A stretch of 64,000 nt of DNA. Source: an uncultured Gammaproteobacteria bacterium (GTDB taxonomy: Bacteria; Patescibacteriota; Microgenomatia; UBA12405). The translations under genes were made by a program, and so were the position numbers. Positions 1 to 9,230 of this stretch are shown here, in pieces. The stretch covers positions 863-64,862 of the forward strand of contig CAZJUH010000001.1 of the NCBI GenBank assembly GCA_964549165.1, given 5' to 3'. Under the pieces are notes generated by a model. That model saw only the letters and a program-made list of their open reading frames with translations, did not search any database and was not told the origin of the DNA. Within the stretch, counting starts at the first letter, position 1. Every line of letters begins with the position of its first letter.

Positions 1-28
1 GTCCTATTGTACCAAGAGTAAAGCCCTT

Positions 29-790
29 TTACTCATTTACATAACCCTCAACCACCACACATTGTCCATTTTGGTTAATACATTTCTTGCCCACAGGTAC
101 TACATCTGGACAAGCAAAGCTTTCTTTTTCACTTGCTTCTATGCAAGCTTCTCCACACCAGCTACATTCTATTTCTCTTGGAGCTTGTGTATTTCTTGCC
201 TCTATCCCCACAACCCTATAAATTGCACTACTAATTTTATCCACTTTTAATTCTTGATCCGATCCGGCTTCATTATACCCAGCCACCATATTTCCATAAC
301 TGGTGTCGAGGCTAACCTTGGCCTGTCCATTAGTAATTGCCACAAAATTAAGTTTTACTATGCTGACCACTCCCTTTGGTAAACCTTTTGTTTCCTTCTC
401 TGTATTTGCTCCCACCAAATCATAAATTCCCGCTTCGTCATTAATATTTGACACTATTATTTCTTCCTCTCCCCTAAGCCAAGCATTTGTGACATTTGAC
501 GTGGAAGCTCTATTTCTTGTCACCACTTCTACGCTTTCTAGTTTCAATACTGACTGCTCGTATCTTACTCTTAAATCAGCTCCAGTTAAGAGTCGGTCTT
601 TGGTGTCAATCATTAAAGTAGTTGTTAGTTTTTCGCCCACTTTAAGTGTTTTTTCATTAGGTAGGAATAATGCCTCCACGTTAGCAAAAGAAGCTCCACT
701 TCTTGTCTCTTGATTGTTTTTAACCAAAAAACCAGCTCCAGCCAAAGTGGCTATTAAAATTAGAATTACTAGAATATTCTTTATTCTCAT
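29..790 (-). CDS. Membrane-anchored cohesin-domain protein with Cys-rich C-terminus
   Basis: N-terminal TM helix; cohesin-like pattern LKVGEKLTTTLMID...GADLRVRYEQSVLKLESV...IVKLNFVA...G.AKVSL; six Cys at C-terminus. Confidence 0.65.
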   Translation of the reverse strand: MRIKNILVILILIATLAGAGFLVKNNQETRSGASFANVEALFLPNEKTLKVGEKLTTTLMIDTKDRLLTGADLRVRYEQSVLKLESVEVVTRNRASTSNVTNAWLRGEEEIIVSNINDEAGIYDLVGANTEKETKGLPKGVVSIVKLNFVAITNGQAKVSLDTSYGNMVAGYNEAGSDQELKVDKISSAIYRVVGIEARNTQAPREIECSWCGEACIEASEKESFACPDVVPVGKKCINQNGQCVVVEGYVNE

Positions 791-795
791 ATTTT

Positions 796-3225
796 TTAAT
801 TACTGTCACTAACCGTTAATCTTTTTGTTTCCAAAAAAATCTCTCTCCAGATCTTATAGTCAGTTGTCTCCACCTTTTTATCACAGTTAAAATCAGCTTT
901 ACTTACCAGTCCCTTGGCATATTCATACCTCCAGATTGCATAATCAGCCAGATTAATCTTTCCGTCTCTGTTGGCATCACCTTTACCATTGACACATTCA
1001 CCACTTCTCGAGGTTGGTTTTAAGGTTACACTTTTTGTCGGCACTAATGTTACAGAAATTCTACATTTCTCGTTAAATGCCCTATAAATTGTTTGATCAC
1101 TTTTAGGGTTATCCTCACAAGTTTTATTTTCAAGTCTTTCCCACCAAGTATATTGCAAATTATTTACCTTACTACATCTAGAACATTGTAATGATTTTCT
1201 TGTCTCCATTGGTGCTCTACAGTTTGCATCATAAGTTCGAAGAACCTCTATTGAAGCCAAAGGATCAATAGAACAATCTACTGCTGTCCACACCGTTCTC
1301 ATAAAATCATAAAACTTACTACATCGATTACAATTATTTTCAACTGATGTTGGTTTACTTGTGGGTGTTAAAGTTATGGGTATCTTTTTCGGGGTTGGGG
1401 TTGGTTTATTAATACTCCATGAATAATTCGCATCAACCAGCTGCCAATTTGTGCCTTTATCTTTTGAGACAAGTAAAACTGGATCTTGAGGCACAACTTC
1501 TTTGTATTCACAATACCCTCTTTCTGCAAAACAGTTTGTTTTTATTACCAAGGGTTTTTCTGGCCATTTTTTATTGTAAGCAATAACATTTTCAGGAGTA
1601 AAACGAGTTATTAGTGTTGAATAGTTTAGATATATGTTACCCATATTATCGATAGTCATTTTTTGCTGCCAAGCACCATAATCAGTTCTCCAGGGAGTTA
1701 CCAGTTCTTTATGTTTTAAATTTATAATTCCACTGTTTGGATCTCCGGGATTTTTTAAATTACTAAAAGTTGACCATATTCCATCTTTTTTCATTTGCAT
1801 GTAAACAAGATATCTATATCCACTATATCCACCACCCCGATTACTGTTACGTGCCGCTAGATGCAAGGTATTATCAGCGTCAGAAACAAGACTGATGTAT
1901 GTATATCCAGAAACATCGCTAATTTTTTTAGCTTCCGTCCAAGAAGAATCAGCCGCATAGCTAGTCGGGACCGTATGTTTCGATTTAACATAATAAAAAT
2001 GTCCATTATGTGACCCTATAATAACGTGAAGATAACCATTTGAGTCAAGAGTAATAGCCGGATTTCCATGCGAATCAGGCCCAAGCTGATTAGTAAACTC
2101 ACCCCCAATGGCACAACCAATAAAAACTGGAGTACTTGTAGAATTAGTATTTCTATCATAGGCTACAACATAATTTGGCAAAGAATAATTTGCTCCAGCT
2201 ACTTGTTTACATATTTCTTTAGAATTTTCAGCCTCATAAACAATATATGAAAAAGAACCTTTGGTAACAACATTATTTGATCCACCCGAATGATTAATAC
2301 TTAACAAAGCGTCGATAGCAATAATTTTTGGTTCAGGAATGGTTAAGGTTTTGTCTGAATTGAGAATCGGTTTTGTTATGTATAAATTTTTATTAGTTCT
2401 ATAAGGAGATGGCGAAGAATCAAGTGACCCAGAATTTAAACGGTGAATTAGTATAGTCGGAGGACCAATGATGCGATTATGTCCACTATTAAATTCAAGC
2501 GTCGCCGCCATTCTATTACCATTAGACAGATTTACCACTCCGGGAATTTTGTACGCTTCCCAGTTTTGACCATAATCCTTGGAAAAAAGGAGTAGTCCCA
2601 CCGATTTACTTCCATCTTTAAAAGAAGGTGTGTCGATATAGGTATAAGCGTAGCAGTTGTTATCAAAAACAATTCTATCTTCGTAATTGACACTATCTTT
2701 CATCTTTCCATCCCAAGTACCTATTTCAGGATGTTTTTTTACGTATTCAAAGGCACTTGCGCGCATATCAACAATTTTCCAGGTTCCATTATCATCTAAA
2801 ATTTGAACTTTACCCGTACTATCTTGAATTCTTATATAAGGACGATTATTACAATCAAAACTTACTACCCCAGGTAAAAAATTTGGATTATACCCAAAGT
2901 CTCTTTCGTTTTTTATCTGTGAATTTTCAAATTTTTGAAAAATTGGTATAGTTAGACTTGACTTTGTCGCTGAACACTTTTTTTGTAAACCAAGGGATAA
3001 CAAATTATAATCCACCTTATCAACATTCCCATCATTATTAAAATCGGCAGTTTTTCCACCTGATCCCACACTTTCTTTATTCCAAATAAGTAAATCGAGT
3101 GGATTTATTGTATTATCACAATTTGCATCTCCGCATTTTTTTAATCCACAAGTATCTTCAGCAAAAATAAAATTAGTTTCAAACAAAAAAACAAAAGCCA
3201 AAAAGCACCAAATTATCTTCTTCAT
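796..3225 (-). CDS. Secreted BNR/Asp-box beta-propeller protein with N- and C-terminal dockerin domains
   Basis: Signal peptide; GDANCDNTINPLD..ADFNNDGNVDKVDY and GDANRDGKINLADY..ADFNCDKKVETTDY; Asp boxes SKDYGQNW and SKDKGTNW; BNR-4-like DSHGNPAITLDSNGYLHV; Pro/Thr linkers. Confidence 0.7.
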   Translation of the reverse strand: MKKIIWCFLAFVFLFETNFIFAEDTCGLKKCGDANCDNTINPLDLLIWNKESVGSGGKTADFNNDGNVDKVDYNLLSLGLQKKCSATKSSLTIPIFQKFENSQIKNERDFGYNPNFLPGVVSFDCNNRPYIRIQDSTGKVQILDDNGTWKIVDMRASAFEYVKKHPEIGTWDGKMKDSVNYEDRIVFDNNCYAYTYIDTPSFKDGSKSVGLLLFSKDYGQNWEAYKIPGVVNLSNGNRMAATLEFNSGHNRIIGPPTILIHRLNSGSLDSSPSPYRTNKNLYITKPILNSDKTLTIPEPKIIAIDALLSINHSGGSNNVVTKGSFSYIVYEAENSKEICKQVAGANYSLPNYVVAYDRNTNSTSTPVFIGCAIGGEFTNQLGPDSHGNPAITLDSNGYLHVIIGSHNGHFYYVKSKHTVPTSYAADSSWTEAKKISDVSGYTYISLVSDADNTLHLAARNSNRGGGYSGYRYLVYMQMKKDGIWSTFSNLKNPGDPNSGIINLKHKELVTPWRTDYGAWQQKMTIDNMGNIYLNYSTLITRFTPENVIAYNKKWPEKPLVIKTNCFAERGYCEYKEVVPQDPVLLVSKDKGTNWQLVDANYSWSINKPTPTPKKIPITLTPTSKPTSVENNCNRCSKFYDFMRTVWTAVDCSIDPLASIEVLRTYDANCRAPMETRKSLQCSRCSKVNNLQYTWWERLENKTCEDNPKSDQTIYRAFNEKCRISVTLVPTKSVTLKPTSRSGECVNGKGDANRDGKINLADYAIWRYEYAKGLVSKADFNCDKKVETTDYKIWREIFLETKRLTVSDSN

Positions 3226-3234
3226 AGCATGATA

Positions 3235-4224
3235 CTATACATTTTTATCAATCATTTCAACAATCAATTTAGCCACATTTATTCCCGTCGCTTTTTCAAA
3301 GCCCTGAAACTGGCACTGCCGGTTTACTTCTAAAATATAATTTTCGTAATCTTCTTTATTGTATTTTTTAGAATTTAGATTTTTGGATTTAGGATTTTTC
3401 ATAATATCAACTCCCCCATAATCAAGGCCACACACCCGAGCCACCTTTTCCGCCAAATTTCTCTCTTCTTCGTTTAAATTCCACGCCTCAACCTCTCCCC
3501 CCAGCGAAAAATTACTTCTAAACTCCTCCCCCACTGCTGATCTTTTCATCCCTCCAATTGCCCTTCCATCAACAATCAACGCCCTTATATCCCACCTTGT
3601 CGGTAAATATTTCTGCCAGAGAAACATTCCCAAATTCTTTTCGTTAATTTTATTCACGAATTTTTCCATCTCGTCTCTATTTTCAAACTTTCTCACCGAT
3701 TTTCCTTGATACCCTCTTTCATGTTTGGCAATTACCGGATACCCCCATTCAGAAAAATTGTCGCCACTTAATATTTGTTCCTTTGTATAAAAAATTCTTG
3801 TCGGTACTATCGGAATATCATTTTCCAAAAACACCCCATGCTGAGCTATTTTACCCATTCTCGTCCACCCCAAATAACCCTTTTTATTCACGCAAAATAT
3901 TTTTTCTCCCAAAATTCTTATTACCAAATTTCTCGCCTCGGTGTATTTCCCGCTTTTTGTCCCCGCCACCCTAAACCACAGCCCCAAAGTATTTTCCTCC
4001 ATCAACTCTTCCCCTCGAACATAGACTCTTGCAATATTTTTTTTCTCTCCCTTGTCAAAGGGAGAAGCGGCCAACGGCCGAGAGGGATTGAGATCAAACG
4101 ATAGCTCCCTATAAAGTACTCTGTTTACTTCAATCCCCAAAGCCCTTGCCTCGCTTTCTAATCTGTCCACCTCAAACTGGCTTTGCTTTGGTGACATCGT
4201 AAAAGTTACAATTTTTCTGGTCAT
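3235..4224 (-). CDS. RimK/LysX-family ATP-grasp ligase
   Basis: YPVIAK..G.QGKSV, WQKYLP..WDIR, FRSNFSLGG, GLDYGGVDIM, LEVN motifs. Confidence 0.85.
   Translation of the reverse strand: MTRKIVTFTMSPKQSQFEVDRLESEARALGIEVNRVLYRELSFDLNPSRPLAASPFDKGEKKNIARVYVRGEELMEENTLGLWFRVAGTKSGKYTEARNLVIRILGEKIFCVNKKGYLGWTRMGKIAQHGVFLENDIPIVPTRIFYTKEQILSGDNFSEWGYPVIAKHERGYQGKSVRKFENRDEMEKFVNKINEKNLGMFLWQKYLPTRWDIRALIVDGRAIGGMKRSAVGEEFRSNFSLGGEVEAWNLNEEERNLAEKVARVCGLDYGGVDIMKNPKSKNLNSKKYNKEDYENYILEVNRQCQFQGFEKATGINVAKLIVEMIDKNV
4043..4089. repeat. Hairpin element family B, in frame in RimK-like gene 1
   Basis: ctcccttgtcaaagggag..cggccaacggccgagagggatt; encodes NPSRPLAASPFDKGE. Confidence 0.75.
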
Positions 4225-4245
4225 AATTTTATTTATAAAAAATAT

Positions 4246-4333
4246 TGAAAAATTCGCAATTATCTTTTTTTATTGACGTTGAACGTGGTAACACATTCAC
4301 AGGAAACAAAAAAATGGTAATAAGAATTTTTCA
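4246..4333. repeat. Long hairpin element family L, intergenic
   Basis: tgaaaaattc...gaatttttca termini; aligns with 4835-4919. Confidence 0.7.
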
Positions 4334-4337
4334 TAAA

Positions 4338-5342
4338 CTATTTTTTAAGCGAAACTAAATATTTAACTATTTCCATTGGGACATCAATTCCGGTCGCTTT
4401 CATAAACCCTTTAAATTGAGGTCCTTTGTTTATTTCCCAAATTACCGGCTTTTTCATATCAAAACCTCTAAAGGCCACATCGACTCCGGCCACGGCCAGT
4501 CCGCAAACTTTCGCCGCTTTTACCGCTAGCTCTTTAATTTCCTCCGGCAAATCCGCCACTTCCACTGTCCCTCCGGCACTATAATTATTTCTAAATTCAT
4601 TTTTAGCGGTTCTGGCTCTTTTCATCACCCCCAGTACCTTTTCTCCCAGCACCAAAACTCTAAAATCACCGTCATTTTCAATATATTCCTGGAGCATATA
4701 TCTTTTTCCCTCTTCGGTTTCGCTTTTTCTCAAATCCCGAACCAATTTTTCGAGCTCTTCTATACTATTCGCTTTAAACACCCTCGTCCCCCTGTCTCCC
4801 CCGCTACCTTTTAATATTACAGGGAAACTAAATCGATAATTCGAGGCCAACAATTTTTCCTGACATTGAGCCTGCTTTGCAGACTCGCCGGAAGAAAAAA
4901 TTCGTTGGTGAGAATTATCTTCTCGTGCCATCACCTCATATAAATACCACAAAGATCCATAAACACTTCTCGGAACTTCAATCCCCTCTTCTTTTAATTT
5001 CAGCATTTGCCAAGCCTTACACGCGTAGCTCGGCTTCCCAAATCTTACGAGTGGGTCAACCACAATTGGCCCATGCCCTTCCGAAGCCTTAGGCGAAGGA
5101 GGGTTTATACTATTTATAATAAGATCTACCTCCTCCCAGTGCTTTCCCGTAGTTCTAAAAAATAAAACATCATAATCACTGGCATTTTTTCCTCTCAAAG
5201 AAATTTTTCCTGTTTCCGTTTCAAAACAAACCTGATTATATGACACCAAATCAAGTGACACCCCCATTTTTCTGGCCGCTTCTCTGACAAGGACCAGATG
5301 TTTACTAATTTTTCCTCCAAAAAATACTGCAATCTTAATCAT
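4338..5342 (-). CDS. RimK/LysX-family ATP-grasp ligase
   Basis: FPVILKGSGGDRGTRV, LQEYIE..GDFRV, FRNNYSAGG, GLAVAGVDV, WEIN motifs. Confidence 0.85.
   Translation of the reverse strand: MIKIAVFFGGKISKHLVLVREAARKMGVSLDLVSYNQVCFETETGKISLRGKNASDYDVLFFRTTGKHWEEVDLIINSINPPSPKASEGHGPIVVDPLVRFGKPSYACKAWQMLKLKEEGIEVPRSVYGSLWYLYEVMAREDNSHQRIFSSGESAKQAQCQEKLLASNYRFSFPVILKGSGGDRGTRVFKANSIEELEKLVRDLRKSETEEGKRYMLQEYIENDGDFRVLVLGEKVLGVMKRARTAKNEFRNNYSAGGTVEVADLPEEIKELAVKAAKVCGLAVAGVDVAFRGFDMKKPVIWEINKGPQFKGFMKATGIDVPMEIVKYLVSLKK
4835..4919. repeat. Long hairpin element family L, in frame in RimK-like gene 2
   Basis: gataattc...gaattatc termini; encodes DNSHQRIFSSGESAKQAQCQEKLLASNY. Confidence 0.75.
5076..5106. 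repeat. Hairpin element family C, in frame
   Basis: cccttccgaagccttaggcgaaggagggttt; PPSPKASEG. Confidence 0.75.
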
Positions 5343-5343
5343 C

Positions 5344-6789
5344 TTATTTTCTATTCTTTTTTAATAAATAATTTCTCCCCTCCTTGTCAAGGGAGGTGGC
5401 AGGGGTGAGTTTTACTGCGCTCACTAAAAATCCTTCTAAATCTTTCCTTCCGAGTAAAAATTTTGTTCTCAGTTTTTCTCTATCGGCCACATTGACGGCT
5501 GTTACCACTTTTTTTCCTTGCAGCCAAAAACTTACCCCAATTACCGGTCGATTTTTATGTTTACCGAGGCTTGATTTATAATGCCTAAAATATAATATTT
5601 TTTCCGAGGAAAGTAGTCCCAATTTTTCGGCCAGGCTTCTATCAATTGAGCTTCTAAAAGCTCCCGTGTCTACCTTTGCCCGTACTTCAACTACCCGGTG
5701 CTTTCCCTGTTTTATGATTGGGCTTTTTTGTAAATCCGGCTTAAAACCTTTAGGGATTTTCATTCTAATAATTTCGAGGGGCTGAATAGTTTTATCTTTT
5801 TCTTTTTCCGATACCTTATCCGAAAACTTTTCTCCAAATAAATATTTAGCGAGAGCTATTCCATGTTCATCACTTCTTACTGTTATATCGTCAATTTTTT
5901 CGATTCTACTTTTTAGACCTGCTTTATTACAAAGTTGAATAGAAAGTCCCGACCGGGCATTTACTTCGAGTATTTTAGGACCGTCTTCTTTGTCAATCAC
6001 CACATCCACTCCGACAAAGCCGAGACCCGGAATCGCCCCCTGGCATTTTACTGCCGTCTCGAGCACCTCTTTCCAAAAAGGAATTTTTATCCCATTCACT
6101 TTTATCATCTTTTTTTTACCAAAATCATGTATTTTTCTAATTTCGACCCCCTTTCCCTCAATTCCAAAAGTGGTAATTCCACTGGCGAGGTCAATTCCGA
6201 GGCCATAGGCCCCCTGTTGTAAATTAGCTTTTCCCCCGCTCTTTTCGGTGGGAATTCGCAGCATCGCCATCACCGGCACCCGATTGTAAATAATTACCCT
6301 AATATCGGGGGTTCCTGATTTTGTCAAAGTCAAAAACAACGGGTGAATCTTAATTCTCTCTTCCACAATTACCCCATCCGCCGTTCCATGCAAACTATAT
6401 TTTCCCCCAAGTATTTCGAGACAATGTAGTTTAATTTCTTCGAGACTTATTACCTTTCCATTCATCATTAAAAAATTTATATTTTCGCTTTTAGAATTTA
6501 GATTTTTTTTTCTAATTATAAGTATTCCCTCCCCTCCATATCCTGACACCGGCTTAATCACAAAATTTCCTTCAAGTTTGCTCCACTCAAAATTCTCTCC
6601 TTCTTCTCTGTTTTTAAACCTCACAATTAGTTTCGGGACCCCTATTCCCGCTTTTGCTAGTCTTCTCTTTGTTTTATATTTATTATCGGCAATCGCCCTA
6701 CCCTCCGCTGTATTTTTTCTCAAATACACCTTATTTCTCTCATTTTTGGTCAAAAACTGATGATATTGCTTAAAATTTATTCCAAACAT
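5344..6789 (-). CDS. Sugar-transfer-type ATP-grasp ligase fused to RimB-like retropepsin protease domain (start moved to ATG 6789)
   Basis: FVIKPVSGYGGEGI, PDIRVI..VPVMAMLRIPT.KSGGKANLQQGA, LEVNARSGLSIQ; C-terminal AKVDTGAFRSSID..RPVI..LLGRKDL; upstream 19 codons of the ORF track are a repeat. Confidence 0.8.
   Translation of the reverse strand: MFGINFKQYHQFLTKNERNKVYLRKNTAEGRAIADNKYKTKRRLAKAGIGVPKLIVRFKNREEGENFEWSKLEGNFVIKPVSGYGGEGILIIRKKNLNSKSENINFLMMNGKVISLEEIKLHCLEILGGKYSLHGTADGVIVEERIKIHPLFLTLTKSGTPDIRVIIYNRVPVMAMLRIPTEKSGGKANLQQGAYGLGIDLASGITTFGIEGKGVEIRKIHDFGKKKMIKVNGIKIPFWKEVLETAVKCQGAIPGLGFVGVDVVIDKEDGPKILEVNARSGLSIQLCNKAGLKSRIEKIDDITVRSDEHGIALAKYLFGEKFSDKVSEKEKDKTIQPLEIIRMKIPKGFKPDLQKSPIIKQGKHRVVEVRAKVDTGAFRSSIDRSLAEKLGLLSSEKILYFRHYKSSLGKHKNRPVIGVSFWLQGKKVVTAVNVADREKLRTKFLLGRKDLEGFLVSAVKLTPATSLDKEGRNYLLKKNRK
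5377..5410. repeat. Hairpin element family B, in frame at ATP-grasp C-terminus
   Basis: cccctccttgtcaagggaggtggcaggggtgagt; LTPATSLDKEG. Confidence 0.8.
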
Positions 6790-6798
6790 ATGAAAATC

Positions 6799-6938
6799 AA
6801 TGACCAATAACCAAATTACAAGAAACAAACAAATTACAATTAACAATAATCAAAAGTACAAACCATTTAGTTATTGTGATTTGAGACATTGGTAATTGTT
6901 TGGAATACTTGGTTATTGTCTCTTGGTTATTAGTCATT
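6799..6938. repeat. Inverted array of degenerate heptamers forming a ~140-bp fold-back
   Basis: aatgaccaataaccaa ... ttggttattagtcatt. Confidence 0.7.
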
Positions 6939-7692
6939 TTTTTCTAATCGCCCCTTTAAATCTTTTTATCTCTGTCAGCCTTATTCCTCCATATCTTCCG
7001 ACCAGCACATTAATTATTACTACAATTAAAATAACTATTTCTGCCCTTTTTAGCACCATTTCTTCAATTCCCTCTACCCCCATTATCATCGCCCCCACTG
7101 CCGCCAGCACTAGTGTTCCCGTCGTCAGGCTTACCGCCTCTTTTTTACTTTTAATCAGCTGGGTTCTGGCAAATTCTTCGGTTAAAAGTATCATAAACAG
7201 GATTGGGAAAATAGAAATTTTACTCACATCAACCATTTTAATATAAGAAGCTAGAATCATCGCCCCAAAAGTCCCCATACTGACAAAGAGCAGCGTAATT
7301 GATCTGGCCGGCCAAAAATGTAATTTTAATTTTTTAACCAAAAGATTACTCAGTAATGTAATTGCCAGTATTACGACAAACAGTATCAGCCCACTTCCTA
7401 CCCCCGTGGCCAGCAGAGCCACTGCCATCATGGTTGGCATAAAAATTCCATAACCGGAAAACCCGATCACATAGTGAATTACTGAAACGAGAGTTGCCAC
7501 CAGCGGTAGAAGCAGTAGTAAGGCCACCGTATTTTCCGGCACCCCTCTACTCACTGCTTCTGAGATTAAATAGCTGATTCCATTCCAAAACTTAAAAACA
7601 ACCCTTCCGCCTGTCTCCACTCCTTCCTGGGCATTCACTGCTCCCACATTTATAAAAAGCCACGCCAAAAATAAAAGGGCAGTTTTTCTCAT
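6934..7692 (-). CDS. 7TM inner-membrane protein of the type associated with inactive transglutaminases and ATP-grasp ligases
   Basis: LLLLPLVATLV..VIG..GYGIFMP, SIFPILFMILLTEEF, GRYGGIRLTEIKRF. Confidence 0.8.
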   Translation of the reverse strand: MRKTALLFLAWLFINVGAVNAQEGVETGGRVVFKFWNGISYLISEAVSRGVPENTVALLLLLPLVATLVSVIHYVIGFSGYGIFMPTMMAVALLATGVGSGLILFVVILAITLLSNLLVKKLKLHFWPARSITLLFVSMGTFGAMILASYIKMVDVSKISIFPILFMILLTEEFARTQLIKSKKEAVSLTTGTLVLAAVGAMIMGVEGIEEMVLKRAEIVILIVVIINVLVGRYGGIRLTEIKRFKGAIRKK

Positions 7693-7715
7693 ATTTTATA
7701 GTTTAATTTATAATT

Positions 7716-7776
7716 ATTGTAGATTGATAATTGAAGATTGTAGATTGTAGATTGTCCGCCAGAGGCGGAAAGATTG
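7716..7776. repeat. GATTG(T/A)A heptamer run with embedded family A hairpin
   Basis: attgtagattgataattgaagattgtagattgtagattg + tccgccagaggcgga + aagattg. Confidence 0.75.
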
Positions 7777-7838
7777 TTTTCGTGGCGTATTATAACACCC
7801 TTTTATCCTAGTTTATTGTATAATTTGTTTATTAAAAT

Positions 7839-8162
7839 ATGAATAAATTTTTACTGGCTGAAGTCAATATAAGTAGCACCCCCTTAGGTACTGGTAAAAA
7901 TCTCGGGAATGTCTACAAAGATCCCGCCACTTTAGTTACTTTGATAGTCAGAAATAGCCTAACTGTCGCCGGAATTATTCTATTGGTTCTCATAATCGCC
8001 GGTGGTTTTATGATGATTTCTAGTGCTGGTTCCGGAGATCAAAAAAAAGCCGCCTCGGCTAGCGCCATGATTACCGATGCCGCCATTGGCTTCTTGGTAA
8101 TTTTTCTTAGTTACTTTATAATTCAAATCATAGAAGTTATTACCGGATTAACTATTTTATAA
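7839..8162 (+). CDS. T4SS-type (TrbC/VirB2-like) pilin 1
   Basis: Two TM helices, GGF.MI.SAG..D.KKA..A...IT.A.IG motif. Confidence 0.75.
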   Translation: MNKFLLAEVNISSTPLGTGKNLGNVYKDPATLVTLIVRNSLTVAGIILLVLIIAGGFMMISSAGSGDQKKAASASAMITDAAIGFLVIFLSYFIIQIIEVITGLTIL

Positions 8163-8165
8163 ATA

Positions 8166-8498
8166 ATGATTGGCATTTTTGGCACTATCACCAACCCCAC
8201 CAATTACGGCACTGCCGGTGACAAGGGCCAGGGACTTTTCACCTTTTTAAGCAACATTTTTAAATTTGCCGCTGTCGCTGGTGGTCTTTACATGATTGTT
8301 CAAATTATTCTAGCTGGCTTTGAATACATCAGTGCCTCAGGTGATACCAAAAAAACCGAAGCCGCTTGGGCCAAAATTTGGCAAAGTATTCTCGGTCTTG
8401 TCATTATTTCTTCTGCTTTTATTATTGCTGGTATCGTTGGTCGCTTCACTGGTATTGATATTCTCAATCCTGTTATAAAAGGCCCCGGTCAACCATAA
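8166..8498 (+). CDS. T4SS-type pilin 2
   Basis: AGFEYISASGDTKKTEAAWAKIWQSILGL motif. Confidence 0.75.
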   Translation: MIGIFGTITNPTNYGTAGDKGQGLFTFLSNIFKFAAVAGGLYMIVQIILAGFEYISASGDTKKTEAAWAKIWQSILGLVIISSAFIIAGIVGRFTGIDILNPVIKGPGQP

Positions 8499-8499
8499 T

Positions 8500-8841
8500 A
8501 TGAAATTAATTGCCTACACGCTCACAGGTCCCGGTAAAAATCCCACCGGTGGGGTCGAAGCCACCACCATGCTGGAAAAGCTCGCCAGCAATCTAATTGG
8601 CATTCTTACTATTGTTGCTGTCCTCTTTTTTGTCATTCAAATTATTTTTGCTGGTTATAGTTTCATCTCTTCCGGTGGCGACGAAAAAATGATGGAGACT
8701 AGCCGTAAAAAACTTACCAATGGTATTCTTGGTTTAGTTATCGTTATTCTCGCTGTTGGGATTGGCTCACTTATCGCCAAGCTTCTGGGACTTGAAAATA
8801 TTTTTAGTCTCAACGAAATGTTTATTAAAATGGGTTTATAA
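8500..8841 (+). CDS. T4SS-type pilin 3
   Basis: AGYSFISSGGDEKMMETSRKKLTNGILGL motif. Confidence 0.75.
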   Translation: MKLIAYTLTGPGKNPTGGVEATTMLEKLASNLIGILTIVAVLFFVIQIIFAGYSFISSGGDEKMMETSRKKLTNGILGLVIVILAVGIGSLIAKLLGLENIFSLNEMFIKMGL

Positions 8842-8853
8842 AATTAAAAAACT

Positions 8854-9177
8854 ATGCCAATATGCAATCCACTCTTAAAAAATTGTAACAACGTTACTGA
8901 CCCCTTAGGTTACACTAATAACGTTCTCCAGTCGGCATTTTCCATCTTGTTTGTTATTGGTATTATCAATTTTATTTGGAATTTTATGATGGGTGCTTAT
9001 AGTTTAATCAGTCAAGGGGGAGAGAAAGAAAAGGTAGAAACTGCCAAACATAAATTCACTAATGCTTTTCTTGGCCTCGTACTCATGTTTGTCATCTTTG
9101 CCATTCTCAAGCTGGTTGGATATATTACCGGTATCAAGGGTCTTGATACTCTCCAGCTAAGCTGGCCTACCCTTTAA
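8854..9177 (+). CDS. T4SS-type pilin 4
   Basis: GAYSLISQGGEKEKVETAKHKFTNAFLGL motif. Confidence 0.75.
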   Translation: MPICNPLLKNCNNVTDPLGYTNNVLQSAFSILFVIGIINFIWNFMMGAYSLISQGGEKEKVETAKHKFTNAFLGLVLMFVIFAILKLVGYITGIKGLDTLQLSWPTL

Positions 9178-9230
9178 AATAATCCATTTCCCTGTTAAAC
9201 TTTATTAATTTATTAAAAATTTAAAAAAAT

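Noticed and set aside
4835-4919. In-frame inserts as introns or inteins
   Set aside because: Too short, no group I/II or intein motifs; RNA-level removal cannot be excluded without transcript data
3235-5342. LysX/ArgX amino-acid biosynthesis assignment
   Set aside because: No LysW carrier or other pathway genes in the window
6790-6846. Hydrophobic N-terminal extension of the ATP-grasp ORF
   Set aside because: It is a translation of the heptamer fold-back; ATG 6789 is the more plausible start
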